Shown in pieces: positions 13,119-27,271 of a stretch of 64,000 nt of DNA (its first letter is position 1; each line of letters opens with the position of its first letter). The translations under genes were made by a program, and so were the position numbers. The stretch comes from Schmidtea polychroa (lineage: Eukaryota): the NCBI GenBank assembly GCA_044892525.1, contig CM097885.1:35032001-35096000 (forward strand), read 5' to 3'. The notes beneath the pieces are model-generated. The model was not told the DNA's origin. It was given only the letters and a program-made list of their open reading frames with translations, and did no database searches.

Positions 13119-16100
13119 ATATATTGTATAATGTCCGATTTACTTATATAAGTTAAAATAACATACCAACTCGTTGGACGGGTTTTCTACGGTCGCAAAT
13201 TAATTAAAAATATTACAAAGTAGTTCCTTCAAAAAAAGTTTAATTAACTTTGATTTTTTCCATTTGTCATTACACTATAAACATTGAAAACATGAATATT
13301 TAGGAAAAGTAAATAAAGAGGCCCCATTTTTTCACTAAACAAAATACTTAATTCCGTTTGAGGAGTATAATAATTTTTTCTAAGATTCGCTCTGAGATCT
13401 CCTTTATTACATTTCCGTTACAATTCAATTGATTTAAATAAAATAATTAAAATAATTTACGACGAAAATTAATTCAAAGTACAACTTTCATTCACATGTG
13501 TAATATTGGTTCACTAACGTATGAAAAATATTGTCAAAGATTTGGTGTTATCCTTGATAATTTTATACATCTATTGTTTTCAGAAACAACATTTATTTTT
13601 GATTGATGGTAAATAAAAAAAAATTTCACCAAAAGTTATATTTATGGAGAAATTCAAACAAATCTGTACTTCAATTTTAATCAACTTTAACCATAACAAT
13701 TAATAATTTAATTAATATGAATTTTAATTAATCCAGTAATTCTTTAGGCGGACTGTTTTTTATATCTGCATCAATATGAAAAAGCTCTGAAATTGTATAA
13801 AAATGTTTATAATGTTCATCATCAATCAAATGTTTCCTGCATTTGGGGAATCAAAAAACCAATCTGGCAAATTGCTGAAGAACACGAGAACCCAAATATT
13901 GAAGAGCCAGATTCAACACAATTTAATTGGAATGCTTGGAGAAATAATGACAAATTGGACGAGTTAGTTCAAATATTGATAAGTTTGTCGAAATAATTTT
14001 CGTTGAGTTCAAACTTTAACCTTCCAAACGTTACGGGGACCCCAATTTGTATGTTTCAAAAATATTAAATTCATCAAATTTAATGGAGAATTGCATTCAT
14101 ACCTAACATTAATAAAATTTTAATAGTCGCACCTTGATAATTTATGATACTTTTGTTGCTTGTGGTCCTTCATGTACCAGATTTTGGAGTATGTTCCAAG
14201 CTTTTCAATGATATCGAAATTTGTGCGCTTCTATGTATAACGGTTCCTCCAAAATGATAATAAAAAAACAATAATTTTTTTATATAGTTTTTATTTTATT
14301 TAGTTTTTCATGTTACTTTTCACAGATATATGCGTTTCAACGCTGCATTTTTGTACGCTTGTCACCGTCTTTGTCTGCACTCTACATCATGGTCTGATTA
14401 TAGTATCTGGCAATCTCGGATCTTTATTAATGTTAACCACTGCTTTCCCATATACTTTCTTTCTTGCTGTATTTATATTTACTTTATGAATGACTTACAA
14501 AACCTTTTTTCACAATTTACAGATTCCATGGATAAAATCAAAATTATAATTTTATTCATTAAAATTTATTTTTTACCTATTGCACAAATTATTTATTTCA
14601 AAATTCTAGTTCGCAATATGTGACTTGTAAACTGAAATACATGTAGATTCATGTCTTTAAACCATAAAAGTAAATAGATCCAAGATATAGATCCAAGAAT
14701 CTTATCAAAATAATCTTATAACTTATCAACAACAAGAATAAATCTTCTTAACCCTATATTGGTCATGGGATAGGAAAAAGTACATAAAACTGTTTTATCT
14801 ATCAATCAAAACAAAATCTAAAATATTCAAAAACAGGTTTAAGATTACCTTACAAAAGTCTCTTTCATCAACAATCATAACAGATCCATCAACATTTAGC
14901 TCTCAAAGAAGTGCAACTTCTCTTATTTTTTGTTCCAATAAATTCAGCGCTAAGATATATTTACGTTTCGTAAAATGTTTTGAATAAAGGAAAAATATTG
15001 CCGCCAAGATCCTCGGAAGAATTGGCACATTAGAATTTGTTTCACGGTTGGGGTTAATAAGATAATTGTATTTTTCGGCGAGATATTGTGTTTTGGACGT
15101 AATTTATTTATATTTTTAGGCTTAGAAAAGAAGCATTGATATAATTTCAAAATTTGTTAATTTTATTTTTCAAATTTCACCACTGATTTCTTTTCCATTG
15201 ACATTGTATTTATTAAAAAACTTGAATATGAATCTGTAAATATATCGATGTTTTTGATATTCTCGAATTTTCGGCAATGCCTTTTTAATAAATGTTCTAA
15301 TAAATGTTTTAATGCTATATTAAAACAATGTTTTTTAATCTTATAAATAATTATTATAAATAATGGACATCGTATTTATTAAAAATGATTGATTGATTTT
15401 TCACTGTGATTTATAGTCAAGCTTTTTTAATAAATATAAGGTTATAAATAATCATTATAAATTCACATTTCTCTGTCAGAATTTTGACGTTTCATGTGAA
15501 AGGATAAGATATATTGCTATATGTGTTGTTATTATAACTTTTGTTTTAAGTGTACTATTAATTACTGAGTCATTTGTTTTTAAATCCATCTTTAAATCCA
15601 TTTTTAAATTTCGCAGCAAAAATCTTGAAACTAACAATATATATTTAATCAAAGAATTTATAAATAACAAGTTTTAATTAATTCACAAAAACCGCCAATT
15701 CCAAATTATTTAAACAAAAAGATATCTAACTACTCTATTGTAATTACTCTGAATCATTCTTTCCTCTTTATTTTGTAGTACATATATTCACTTATTAATG
15801 ATCTCTTTAATAAGAAAAGGACTATAACTATGATCCAATACCAAATCACGAATTTTAATTTTTTTAGATATTCTTTCTTTATTCTAATACGGTTCTTGAG
15901 TTTCCTGGTTGTTATTGATGTATTGTTATGGATTTCCTTCATTTCTAACCTCTACTGTTCTAAAAATAAATCATTGCCTCAGTTATCCACACCCAAAAAT
16001 GTATTAATTCGAAGTTGATGCCTGAAGAAAACCTCTTAAGGTAAGCATCCGTTGTTTACTGATTGTCATTTTAATCATTTGTAATATCTCATCTCTATCA

Positions 16101-19100
16101 ATAGATCACGATTCTTTCTAACCGCTTGAAATCATTCCATTACATTGTATATTAATCAAAGGATTTATTTAACTTCCATGATTATATTGAATACTTCAAA
16201 TATCTTACCCATGAAGTTTGAACCGTTATTCGAGTGAATTTATTTTTGGTCTACACACTGTGATCTATTAAATTCATTTTGAAACAGAAGTATTTATAGA
16301 GGGATCATATACGAGTGTGTCATTAAGTAATCTACAATACTAATGATATTTCTGTTTCCGTGTGTCGTTATTTAGCCTTCCTAAGGCAGGCTCATATTTC
16401 TTACACGGAAGACCACTTGGGGTAAATTTGTACCCCAATACTTTTTCACTGTTGTTTCAAGGTTTAAAATAATTTTAACGTATAAAAATAAAATATATTC
16501 TATGAAATACAAATATATTACAAAAACAAGTGTTTACAAAATGGGCATTACTTATATTCTTACATATAGCAACACATTACTTATCACAAATTTTACACAT
16601 TATAATGCTAGTGGAATGTTTTATACACACAAATGCTGAATATTTATTACCGTATTTGCCCTATAATAAGACCTACCTCGAAAATAAGACCTAGCATGAA
16701 TTATTCTCCCACAAAAAATATAAGACCTACACTGAAAATAAGACCTACCTTGAAAGATCTGTTTACTTATTTACATAACGAAAAAAAATAGTAATTTTAA
16801 TTCAAATTAGCCATAAATATATGCTTTAAAGTGTCAAATACTGGCAAATCTGTTAGTTATTCAATCCCCAATCTAATGATCATGACCATAATTTTAAAAT
16901 CACATGTGTCGGTTTTACATGGGTTTTTAGGTATATTAATACATGTTCTGTTCAGATGTCTTACATACACCTCCTTCACGTGTAGTTTAGGTTCGAACAT
17001 ATTGAATTGCTCGGGCAATTGCATTTTAGCATATTTTTATAAAATTTATATATTTTTTTATTTATCCCTGGCACTTTCTTTCGATTTTACGTCATAAGGT
17101 TGTTATGCCCGAAAAAAAAAAATTTTTTTGACTGAAAAAAGTTAGTCACATTCATAAGTCACTATAAACGAAACATAAAGATATTAGACCATAAATCGTG
17201 ATTCGCATGGTATACAGGCGTCACGCATGTGAAATGTGTGTTATTTATTTTTCATTAAAATTGGTAACGCACTAAGAGCAGGATACTTGGATAAAAATTG
17301 CTCGTTTGAAGATAGCTATCTTGCCAGGCATTCGAGATTTGGACCGATGAACTTGGATGAAATTGAATCACGGATGGGCAATATTGTAACCCCGACTGAC
17401 AGTAATGATGGTGATGTAAATGAGGTGGATGACATGATTATATTTGAATAAATGTCTAGTTTTTAAACGTAATAAATTTGTTTTGAAAATATGACCCGAG
17501 AATAAGCCCTAGGTAGCTTTTTTTCTGAAAATTTGAAGTAAGACAGTGTCTTATTTTCGGGGAAATACGGTACATATTTTTCGACATTTGCAATCTTGTT
17601 TATGAGTACAAAGTGAATATCTACCACTTGTACTAGCCGCTGGAGTAAATTTGTACCCCAATCAGATTATTTATAATAAATGCGAACAGGATTCTTTTTT
17701 TGTGATGAAATTGATACAAAGTGATATTAAATCATCACATTTGGAATAAGTAAAGTGCGAATGCGGTAGGTTTTAGATTTATCAGAAATTTTCAAAATAA
17801 TATGATGCTGGTCATAGGAAGATTAAAGGATCAAATTCTATTTGAAATGACTGAGATATTGTAAAACTTTGAAGTGCGTTCTAGTCTCTTCATTTTTATC
17901 TTTTCATTCTTGGGAAAATGTACATACATACACTATTTGCAGCAAAAGGCTTAAATTATCATTTTATTGTTTTAGTATAAAAATAGTGTTTAAAAACAAG
18001 TGAATTGTATAAAAATTGTAAGTATATATATATTAATATTAATAATTTGTTAAATAAAATTTATTATATAATAAAATAATCAACGTTAAAAAGAAACCGT
18101 TTAGTTGTTCAAAATGTTGCCAATCTTATGGTAATAAATTTCATTGATCTTCCTTTGGATATATGGAACGCTAAACCATTTGTTGAAACGTGGTTGAGAA
18201 AGAATCACTCTGCAGATGACAGCAGAGTAAAAACCAACACCCAAAAATTATAATTAAAATCAAATTTCAATTTGGAAATATTTACAATAGTTTTAAACAC
18301 ATTAAAATATATATGTTACAGTGAATTTGTATTACCAGTGAGAATATATTTTTACTAAGGTTTCAGTGAATTCATATCCGAATACGTTTTCACCAGTGGA
18401 AATATATTTCTACTGGTGAAAATATAACTTCACTAGCAAGTTTTAGTGAATGTGTATTCTACCCTAACCTATAATTGAATGTCAGTTTTAGAGTTGCGTG
18501 TTTTTTTGTTTTCATTTAAAATACGCATCTAAGTAGATTAAGATATGGAAATGGATTCAATTCGAGTTATTTTACGGTCTAGTTATCAAAAATAATTCTT
18601 ATATTCGATGGAAATGCTTTTTCTGTGTTCTCAAAATTAGGACCTATCGGTCAACCGCGACGAGCGAATAAAATTGACAGTTGGTAGGGCGACACATCGA
18701 TACTTAGGGCCAAATATTTCCACCCGGCGAATTCTCGCTTGTCAATGAATACAAACTCACTAAATTTAACCAGTGAATTTGTATCTTCATTGTTAGATAT
18801 ACATTCACTGACCGGCTTAGCGAAAATATATTTTCATCAGTGAAAATATATTCTCACTGGTAATACAAATTCACTGTAACATATATAAATAATAAGTAAT
18901 ATAGCTATATCCTGTTTCTATTATCTTTATTGAATTCTTTTAAATTAAAATAATTTATGATATTAAATAATAAATTGAAGTTTAATTTTTTTGGGTGAGT
19001 GCGATCAGGTTCTCAAATGTTTTGAGGGTGCGAGCCGGTTATTAAATATTTTGAATCATACCACTGGTTTTAAGCCATAGGAAATTGGTTTCTAATCCAT

Positions 19101-19929
19101 TTTGAATTTGAGAAAGTATTGTATTGATATTGCCATGTGAAGCATTTATATACAAAATAAAATCACCACTATTTTAAAGACTATTTTTTAACAAATGAAA
19201 CGCCACTTCGCCTTGTATTTTGTTGAAAATTTGATCAGATTTGATAAAAATTGGAAGAATTGCATTTATTAAAAAGAGAACTTGAAGACTATAAATTAGT
19301 AATATATCGATTTTTTTCACTTGAAAGAGGCTGTGCCGAAAATTCTTGATTATCAAAAAACATCGATATATTACTGATTTATAGTCTTCAAGCTCTCTTT
19401 AATAAATTCAATGGAAAAAATAGTCAGTGGTGAAATTGGAAAAAAAGTTCCTATAATGGAAGAATTGCATTTAAGTTCTTAGACTTTTATAAAATATTTC
19501 GAACTGTTTCCTAAATTTTCTATAGTTTTTTCGAGAAACAAATTGTGTCTTTAAGTGTAAGGTACATGAAAATATAGTTTATTACTAGATTTCTTTGCAG
19601 AATCTCTCAATACTAAGCCATTGTATTTTTTGTTTTCTTAAGTTTATTTACTTTATTAGATGAATATTCCGAGTTAAGTTTATTACAGCAAATAAATTAA
19701 ATAAATTATGAAATACTCGAGGATTATGAGGCCCCTTACTAATATTACAACCTAAGGTGTTCTAATTTAATTTATAAATTATATAAAATAAAAATTAATG
19801 TTTTCTTTTGAATTTAGACACGATCTCAGAGATATTTTAACCAAAATGTCTCGTATTTACAGACAGTTGAACATGAATAAAGCTAGCAAATTTCTCAAGG
19901 AATGGCCGAAATTTAATATTTTAGTATGA
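5504..19929 (+). CDS. 3' part of a host TPR-repeat protein gene; exons 5504-5605, 6942-7109, 13748-13962, 19818-19929
   Basis: AG/GT boundaries with compatible phases (0,0,2); joined frame ILKTLNYLSVLYGLLFNWKESAKYCKECIELIKK|VYGSSDIRLVKELENMAIICKNDKQMEEAISYFRDA..TRQM|ADCFLYLHQYEKALKLYKNVY..KLDE|HDLRDILTKMSRIYRQLNMNKASKFLKEWPKFNILV*; kinesin-light-chain/NPHP3-style TPRs. Confidence 0.75.
5791..6018. mobile_element. piggyBac-type MITE
   Basis: TTAA on both sides; 13-bp TIR CCCTTAATTGCAT. Confidence 0.85.
9221..9768 (+). mobile_element. Non-autonomous Helitron with a retained RepHel helicase fragment
   Basis: 5' A|TC start with (TTTG)n; ~9511-9588 encodes TFQDLKGNTKLMGGTVVVLAGDFRQT (PIF1-type GDFRQ motif); GC-rich 3' end GCCGGGTACCCCAGCT with degraded CTAG. 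Confidence 0.7.
11930..12392. repeat. Compound (ATG)n/(AAT)n microsatellite with an internal ~135-bp duplicated block
   Basis: Directly visible; the block starting gaagataacaataat occurs twice. Confidence 0.95.
14020..15090 (-). mobile_element. Degenerate piggyBac element with transposase remnants
   Basis: TTAA|CC end at 14016-14021; minus-strand remnants EIARYYNQTM..SADK (cf. YN.TKGGVD..DQ) near 14370-14420 and LMCQFFRGSWR..LALNLLEQK (cf. GSGRN..DN..LA..LL) near 14900-15030. Confidence 0.5.
15960..16370 (-). mobile_element. Highly degenerate Gypsy-type integrase remnant
   Basis: GNRNIISIVDYL (cf. GNRYILV.VDYF) and IHSNNGSNFMGKIF (cf. IHSDQG.NF) on the minus strand. Confidence 0.45.
16650..17570. 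mobile_element. pogo/Tigger-type non-autonomous element
   Basis: TA|CCGTATTT..AATAAGAC left end and GTCTTATTTTCGGGGAAATACGG|TA right end; repeated AATAAGACCTA subterminal motifs. Confidence 0.8.
18314..18881. mobile_element. MITE with TGT..ACA ends and ~39-bp TIRs in a TATA target
   Basis: TGTTACAGTGAATTTGTATTACCAGTGAGAATATATTTT and its reverse complement; TATA on both flanks. Confidence 0.8.
19262..19456. repeat. Fold-back copy of a dispersed ~130-bp repeat family
   Basis: CTTGAAGACTATAAATTAGTAATATATCGAT is mirrored by ATCGATATATTACTGATTTATAGTCTTCAAG; related pieces at ~10500, 12830, 15170, 15390 and 33480. Confidence 0.65.
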
Positions 19930-20385
19930 AATTTTCAATTGAATTTTTATTTAAAATTTTTTTAAAAATTAATTATTACCAACATTTATGATTTTTATGT
20001 TTCTTGAAATTATTCGCGCAAATTCCATCTAGCAATAACAAACCAATTTCAGGAAAATATATTAAAAAATATTTTTATATTCCTTTCTTCTTTAATCTTT
20101 TGTTTGAACCAGGGCTGTCAATATTTGGTCTATTCGCAATATTATATTTACAATTCAAATATTTATTTCCTTTCAAAATTTAAAAATGTATTCTTTAACT
20201 TTTTTTATTTTAATTCTAATTTTAACTTTACACAGTTCGGTAAAAATTTTATTATCTCGAAAATTTAAATTCTGTTCATTGAAATTCTTATTACCTTGCT
20301 TAGAATCTTAAATTATAATATATTTAATAAAGATCATATCAAAGATCATATCATAGGCTCGCAAAATAATCCCGCGTAATACAAC

Positions 20386-20899
20386 TGGGGTTGCCAACTC
20401 CCACAACCTCGAACCCGGGAGATTAAAAAATTGCAAACAGTATAACGCTTAAGAAATAATATAACAGGTGTTTTTCACTTTTATGGTTTACATATGTTAG
20501 TGATTTTAACTATATGATGACTAATACCATAAAGATCTAAACAAAACAATTATTTTTACATATTACATTTTACATTTTTTACATTTTAAAAGTGAAAAAT
20601 CCTGACAGTGGCAGACTAATAACGTGGGTAAGAAGAAAAACATAAAATCGCTCGCCGCAAACAAACAACTTAAACTTCCAGTGACTGTGAGCAAAAATAA
20701 ATTGACTATCATTATTTTAGAGAAATCAAATAAAATATAAAACTTCTAAAACTGCATTTTTTTCTTGAAAAATTGTAAAATATTGTAAAAACGGAAAGAC
20801 GGGAGATTTACATCTCCCGGGTCATAGTTAACCGGGAGACGGGAGACAAAAACCGATTCCAGGAGACTCCCGGCAAAAACGGGAGAGTGGGCAAGCCTA
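20386..20899. mobile_element. hAT MITE
   Basis: Perfect 8-bp TSD AATACAAC; imperfect TIRs TGGGGTTGCC / GGCAAGCCTA; CGGGAGA subterminal repeats. Confidence 0.85.
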
Positions 20900-21326
20900 A
20901 ATACAACCCAGACATTGCCGCGCGAATAAAAATTATAAAATTGAATAAAATGAAAGAAATTGTTTTTTAAAATTCTATTTATTTTGTTTTGTGGACTATT
21001 AATAGTAATATAGTAATATAATAATGTAATATATAACTTCAACACAGCTTAAGTCAGTTAACTATTAATTTTACTTAACAAAACTATGTTAAATTTAATA
21101 AAATAATATATATTTTAATAATAAGTAATATTTATTTTAGTCAAGAAAGAAATTAAATCACAGATGGAGAAAAATCATATTTTTCATGTTTTTTGTTTGA
21201 TTCATTTTAAAATTATAATACTAATAAATAAATATACTTTTTACTTATTTTTATTGCGCGGCTCTGCCGGGTTCACAAATGCAACTTTTCGTCCTGTAAT
21301 TTATTTAAGTATAATTTTAAAGTGAT

Positions 21327-21836
21327 TTAGTCGTTTATGTCATTCACATCGAGCAAAAGTCTAAGTTCAACATAATTTTTAATTTTGAAACCATAGATAT
21401 TACTAAAACCTTTTGCATCATCTGTCATGCTGAAGTTGTCAACAAAATGAAAGACGTGTTCAATGATTTCATTTTGTTGAATTATGTTAGCACATTGAGC
21501 GCATTTGACATATCTCAGGTTTAGGTGCTGTTCTATTCCTGCTAGGTAATCTGATTTTGTCTAGCATCCGATGAAAGAACAGTTAAATGTTAATTCATTG
21601 TTAATATGAATTTGGAAGTGATCATTTTCTATTCTCAATATTTGGGTAGGTCCTCCTCCAATCAATGTTTCTGGTTGGCTAGAGTTGAATTCATTGAGTG
21701 TTGTTTCTTCTTGAAGTTGTTTGATATTTTTAGATGTTGATTTCTTCTCTTTGTTAATAGAGATAATTTCTTCAGTTGGTTTTTCATCATTTAACTTTTT
21801 TACTTGATTTTCTTCGGGTTCATTTGTAGAGTTCAT
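21327..21836 (-). pseudogene. Intronless ORF with Cys/His zinc-finger-like motifs and one in-frame stop
   Basis: Frame stays open past TAG at 21561: FNCSFIGC*TKSDYLAGIEQHLNLRYVKCAQCANIIQQNEIIEHVFH. Confidence 0.4.
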
Positions 21837-21989
21837 TTTCCTTCCAGCTACTAAATGGACTTATAATCCAAGACGTTATTTCCAAACTTTCTAAATTTGT
21901 ATAACGGATTTTGACATCTTCTTTTAATTATTTTAAGTGATATGTGTAGAATTGAATGTAATAAACACTAATTTTATCTTTTTAACAAC

Positions 21990-22250
21990 AGCAAATTGCG
22001 TCAAATTTTCATTTCAATTTAAGATGGAAATAAATGCCAAAAAATTATTGCCACATACATTGGAGAGACTTCCCGTCATCTCTGTATTCGATCTCGAGAA
22101 CATTATAGACAAAATGCATTGATCAACATTAGTGGGCACTATAAAGACTGTAAGAGAAAAAATAAGTGTCTGATTTTAAAATTTTATTAAAAAATTTCAA
22201 TAATTATTAGGAACGTAATTTTGTAAAGCGTTATTGATAAAGTCATTGAA
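21990..22250 (+). mobile_element. Penelope-like element GIY-YIG endonuclease fragment (second family)
   Basis: ATYIGETSRHLCIRSREH..ISGHYKDC. Confidence 0.7.
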
Positions 22251-22266
22251 CGTAAATTAACGTTTT

Positions 22267-22426
<160 letters not shown>

Positions 22427-22653
22427 AACTAAATAATTATTAAATTATTAAATTGGATAATTTTAAATAATAATAATAGATTTCAATATTTTCACATTTC
22501 TCTTTTTTAATTGCTACAATTTAAAAATGATTTATTATTTTAAATTATAATTTTCATAATTTTTAAAGAATAAAATATTTTTATTAAAAATATCATATAA
22601 TTAATATAATTAATAAATTTGTCCAAAAAGCTATAATTTCTATAATTATTCTC

Positions 22654-22698
22654 TTCTACTTGACGATGACAGGAAAACTGTCGAAATATATCGTAAAA
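22654..22698 (+). ncRNA. Minimal type-I hammerhead ribozyme-like motif with a C3U core change
   Basis: ttctac-TTGACGA-t-gacag-gaaaa-ctgtc-GAAA-tata-TC-gtaaaa; downstream of a same-strand Penelope endonuclease fragment. Confidence 0.5.
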
Positions 22699-22754
22699 CG
22701 AATGTTTGAGTAGTGATTTCTTATAATTAAATTGTTGCCATATATGTTTAACTA

Positions 22755-22828
<74 letters not shown>

Positions 22829-22848
22829 CATCATAATTATTATTATCA

Positions 22849-22906
<58 letters not shown>

Positions 22907-23358
22907 CATCATCATCATCATTCTACATTGGTTTGAATTCAAAGCACAAATAACACTTTTATTTATAAAAAGGCAACACCTCTAGCATTTGTACTACATT
23001 ATATTCCCTGAAATTCCTAACATTCATTCCCAATAAATAAATACTTGTTTTCTCAATATTAATTTATCCAAGAAAAATTAGTTGTATAATACTTTTAGAA
23101 GTTTTCAATTGTCTAAATTAAATATTTAATGAAAACTACTTCAATCAATTAAATTTATTATCCAAACCTACATAAAAATCAATGAGTTCAAACACAAATT
23201 AAATATATTTACATAATTCAGATATTCTCAACGCATTGTATCAAAAATGTAACTTTCTAAACTGATTTTTACCAATATTTCTGACATTTTACTGGTTTTA
23301 TTTATCGGCTTGCGCTTTATTGAAATGTTTAATTATTTTAATAATAAAATTTATTATT

Positions 23359-23521
<163 letters not shown>

Positions 23522-23659
23522 GTATTAGTATAAAGTTATGATTTCTTCGTAGCAATATTAATTAAATGTTAAACAATTAAATGATGATTTAAGCATTTGC
23601 TGCGAATTATATATTTTCAAAGAATTTGCAACTGGAATTTAGTTGCTTCTATTTTCAAA

Positions 23660-25320
23660 TGCTTTTTGATTATTTCTTTTATTTCTTTTTTCTTACTTCT
23701 CATTGCTTTATTTTGTTTCTCGTTTTTAATGATATTTACTTTCTGTAAGTATGGAAGTCCTGATCTTTGTCGCATAAATATTTCTTTATGAGCTGGTATT
23801 TTGTAGAACCCGTATGTTGGAGTATCTACTTCTATTTTAATTTTTAGGTCCAATAGATTGAGGGATCTGTATTCGATATTCAATATTCGATATTCGATTT
23901 CAAACTTAATATCTATGTGACGCACTTACTGTATGAAATATTTGCTCCGCTTCTTTGGTGTGATAAAGATACCATCTACATATCTTGTGTAGAAACCGAT
24001 GGATTATTTGGTTCTCAGTGTTTGTCGTTCGATTTTCTCTCGAAATTTTGAAAATTATAATTTAAAATATTGAGATTACTTCGAACACAGAAAAAGAAAT
24101 ATTTTCATCTAAATATTCCATTAATCAGCGACATATTCGACTTCAAGATTATCAAAGAACGTAAACGCATTGGCTTTCAACGCGCTGGCAAACAACACAA
24201 AAAAGAAAACAATTGCACAATGGAAATCTGTCAGACACTGAAGAAAATATGCTTTCGAAAGACGTTGTCTGCTGCATCAAGTACAATCTATGCAAATAAA
24301 TATACATTGGAAATACGCTCAGGACCTTGCATCAAAGAGTTAAAGAACATCTAGATCCTGGTGGAAAATCCTCGGTATACAGACATTTCCAACAATGTCA
24401 ACCAACAAAGGAAAGAAAATATATTTTAATTGAAATCTTAGCCAATAGAAACATCCAAAAGAAAAATATTAGATTATTATTATTATTATCAAATTTGCAT
24501 GCAGTGTACAACTAAAGTCTTTGTTTCATTGCACGTGGGTGGCATTTTCTTTGCTAACATTGCATCCATTATGCATTGTAAACACAGTTTAAGGATGTAG
24601 ACCCTTACTATGTTATGGCCACATCTTAGAACATCGAGGGTATCACCATCATACTCACATGTCAAATACCTTTCGAATGATACCTATATTATATAGTTTT
24701 TCAAATTGTGAAGGTTTTTGACCCTTTGGAGGTTATAAATGCGCCTTAAACCTTCGAGGGTATGACCACTGGATAGTGCTTATCAAGACCTTTCAAATGA
24801 TACCCATAAAGGTTGACCTCATTTGGTCCTTTAAAATTTTGAATTTAAAATGAGTCACCCTCGATTTGGCATATGGATGCATGTGATAAGTCATCGATGA
24901 CATCATTTATTGAGTCATGTCCTTTGTTATGAGCCATCGATGAGTCATATATCTTTGTTTAACGATGACTCATGGATAACACTTCTACCTACTCATTCTC
25001 ATCATAAACTGTCGGCCAACTATCAGAACTAAAGAAGAGATCAATGAAATCATCAGTTTGATTAGTCGTTATTGACCTTGAGATTGAGCATATTTTTTTT
25101 TTAAAATAATAAAATTTTAAGGAAATAAACATTTAGAGATTAATAGAAATAAAAATCAAAATATAAACATTTTTAAAAAATTTTTAAATTGTGTATGTAA
25201 ATAGTTTTTGGAAACTTTATTTTTATAAATATTTTATGATATTATTTATTAAAAGAAGTTTATAGAAGCTTTGAAAACTTAAAAATTTTTTATTGTTTTG
25301 TTTTAAATTTTAGAAGATTG
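23660..25320. mobile_element. Rearranged Penelope-like copy: RT piece on minus (~23660-24032), endonuclease and 3' end on plus (~24080-24475, ~24995-25320)
   Basis: Nucleotide similarity to the 27.3-28.3 kb copy, in opposite orientations for the two halves. Confidence 0.75.
24476..24990. mobile_element. Insertion interrupting the Penelope endonuclease (Helentron/DINE-like repeat)
   Basis: Penelope sequence resumes after it; repeated CTTTC(G/A)AATGATACC and TCGAGGGTAT motifs; TGAGTCA cluster at its end. Confidence 0.45.
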
Positions 25321-27271
25321 TTAATTTTTTTAATCTAATTTTTTAATATAATTATGTGATTTACCAGGAAATATTTATTCGTTTATTTAGTAAAATATCA
25401 ATTGATAAAACGAATTAATATCAAAAAATAAAATTAAAGAATTTTACCTTTCAATGCCTTTTTAAACTCTCTATATTAACTTTTTATGTATGTTTGAATA
25501 TTTGAATTTTTGTATAAGCCACGTAAATCTAGCGACTTCTCGTGATCGATTCGAGCAGAAATCTGGCAGATAGATTCGTTGTCGAGAACAATTCTTTCTT
25601 TCAAAATTTCAGATAGATCGAAGGGACTATAATTAACTTTATTGAAAATTTTCAATTTTATTAATATTTTCAAAATATTAATAAAATATTAATTTCAAAG
25701 TAATTTCTTGACTAGGTGATTTTGCGTAATATTAACTATTTCATAGCATTGAGCACGCATATTGAAATTTTTATTTTGAGAGAATGTAAAAGAGTGAGAT
25801 ATAGAGTTTTAAAAACTATGTTTTTACCGTTAGATTTTATTCAATTAAAAATAAGTAGAATAATACGTGGAAAATTTCACAAAAGTTATAATTTAGAAGA
25901 TTTCATCAAAGACTAATAGAGATATTTTAATATAACCAAAACATCTACCAAAATGCAATTAATTTTAATGACTACGATTTTGAACAGATTGTTAATGAAA
26001 TAATATGAAGCTGCCGAAAGAAAAGCGATTGAAGATGAAAAATGATGCTGCATTTTGGAAGAAATCTGCCCCAAGTATTTCAATCATGCCCATGGATTCC
26101 CCCACATAAGGAATTCGCACTTGAGGTTTTAAATAAATGCAAGGAATGTTTCTAATGTTGTTATAAAATTGTCCTCTCATATTTTTCATTTAAATATTTA
26201 ATTGTATTTAAATATTGTATTATTTTTTCCCATATCCTCAGCTCTATTTGCTACAATTTGCAAGAAAATTAAGAAATGTGTTTCGAAACTTTACATTTTC
26301 CACATCGAACTATAAAGTGAGTTTGTCGGTATATGATACGTTGACAGATATAATTTGTCTCATTAATTTCCCTAAATATCTATGCTCTTATTTTATCGGC
26401 AAATAATATTAGTATTTCTTCGATGATGATTTTCGATAAATATGAAGTTGCTCGTTTCAGTGATTTCCAAAATTTTCAATTTGTATCATCAAAAAGGGTA
26501 TTAAATTCAGTAACTGATTCCACTGCCATAAAAATTTTAAATATGATAGTTCATTCTCATTGGTTCTAAATATAATATATACTTTCGTTTATTTTCTTTT
26601 ATTTATTAAAAATTTTTAAATTTTTATTGAAAATTAAAATTAAAAATAAAATAAAATAAATACCATTTAAAATTTCAAAATGACACAAACTAAAAATTTC
26701 TATTTTTTTTATAAAGCTTATAATGATTAAGAAATTTAAATCTTCTAATCATTATAAAGAATATTTGAATTCAATAAAATAAATTTTGTTGGTTTTACGT
26801 TTATTATTTTCCAAGAAACTAAGTATGGTTACTATGGTTATTTTCAATTCATTTTGATTTTTAAAAGATTTAAATTAAATATAATATAAAGAAAAGTTAA
26901 TCAATTATATTCGAGTACAAAAATTATTAGGAAATCCTTCAAATTGAATTTATAACAAAGCTAGCGTGATCACAATGTTATACGACATCGTACAATTCCA
27001 CCAGTTTAAGTCATCCGACCGAAAACCGGATTATGACGACAAATTGATGGACCAACTTTGTCGTACTGTTTTAATAAAATATTTTAAAGTAAAGCCTCCA
27101 ATAACTACTTATATACGCTATTTAAATATTTCAATAAATTGTCAATTTTGATTTTTTAATCCTATCTTTTGAAAGTATATTTCCTAAAATTTTTTATATT
27201 ATTTTAATTATTACTTTTTAATTTATTATATTTTTTTAAATTTCTTTATATATTGTCAGTTATTCTAAAGG

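Noticed and set aside
25440..26560. Coding-looking stretches (also ~12570-12790, 29100-29640, 43260-43620, 45200-45520)
   Set aside because: Many stops and no motif I can recognise; probably decayed repeats
26832..26846. RFX X-box-like motifs (also near 31745 and 36990)
   Set aside because: Degenerate matches with no confidently linked gene start
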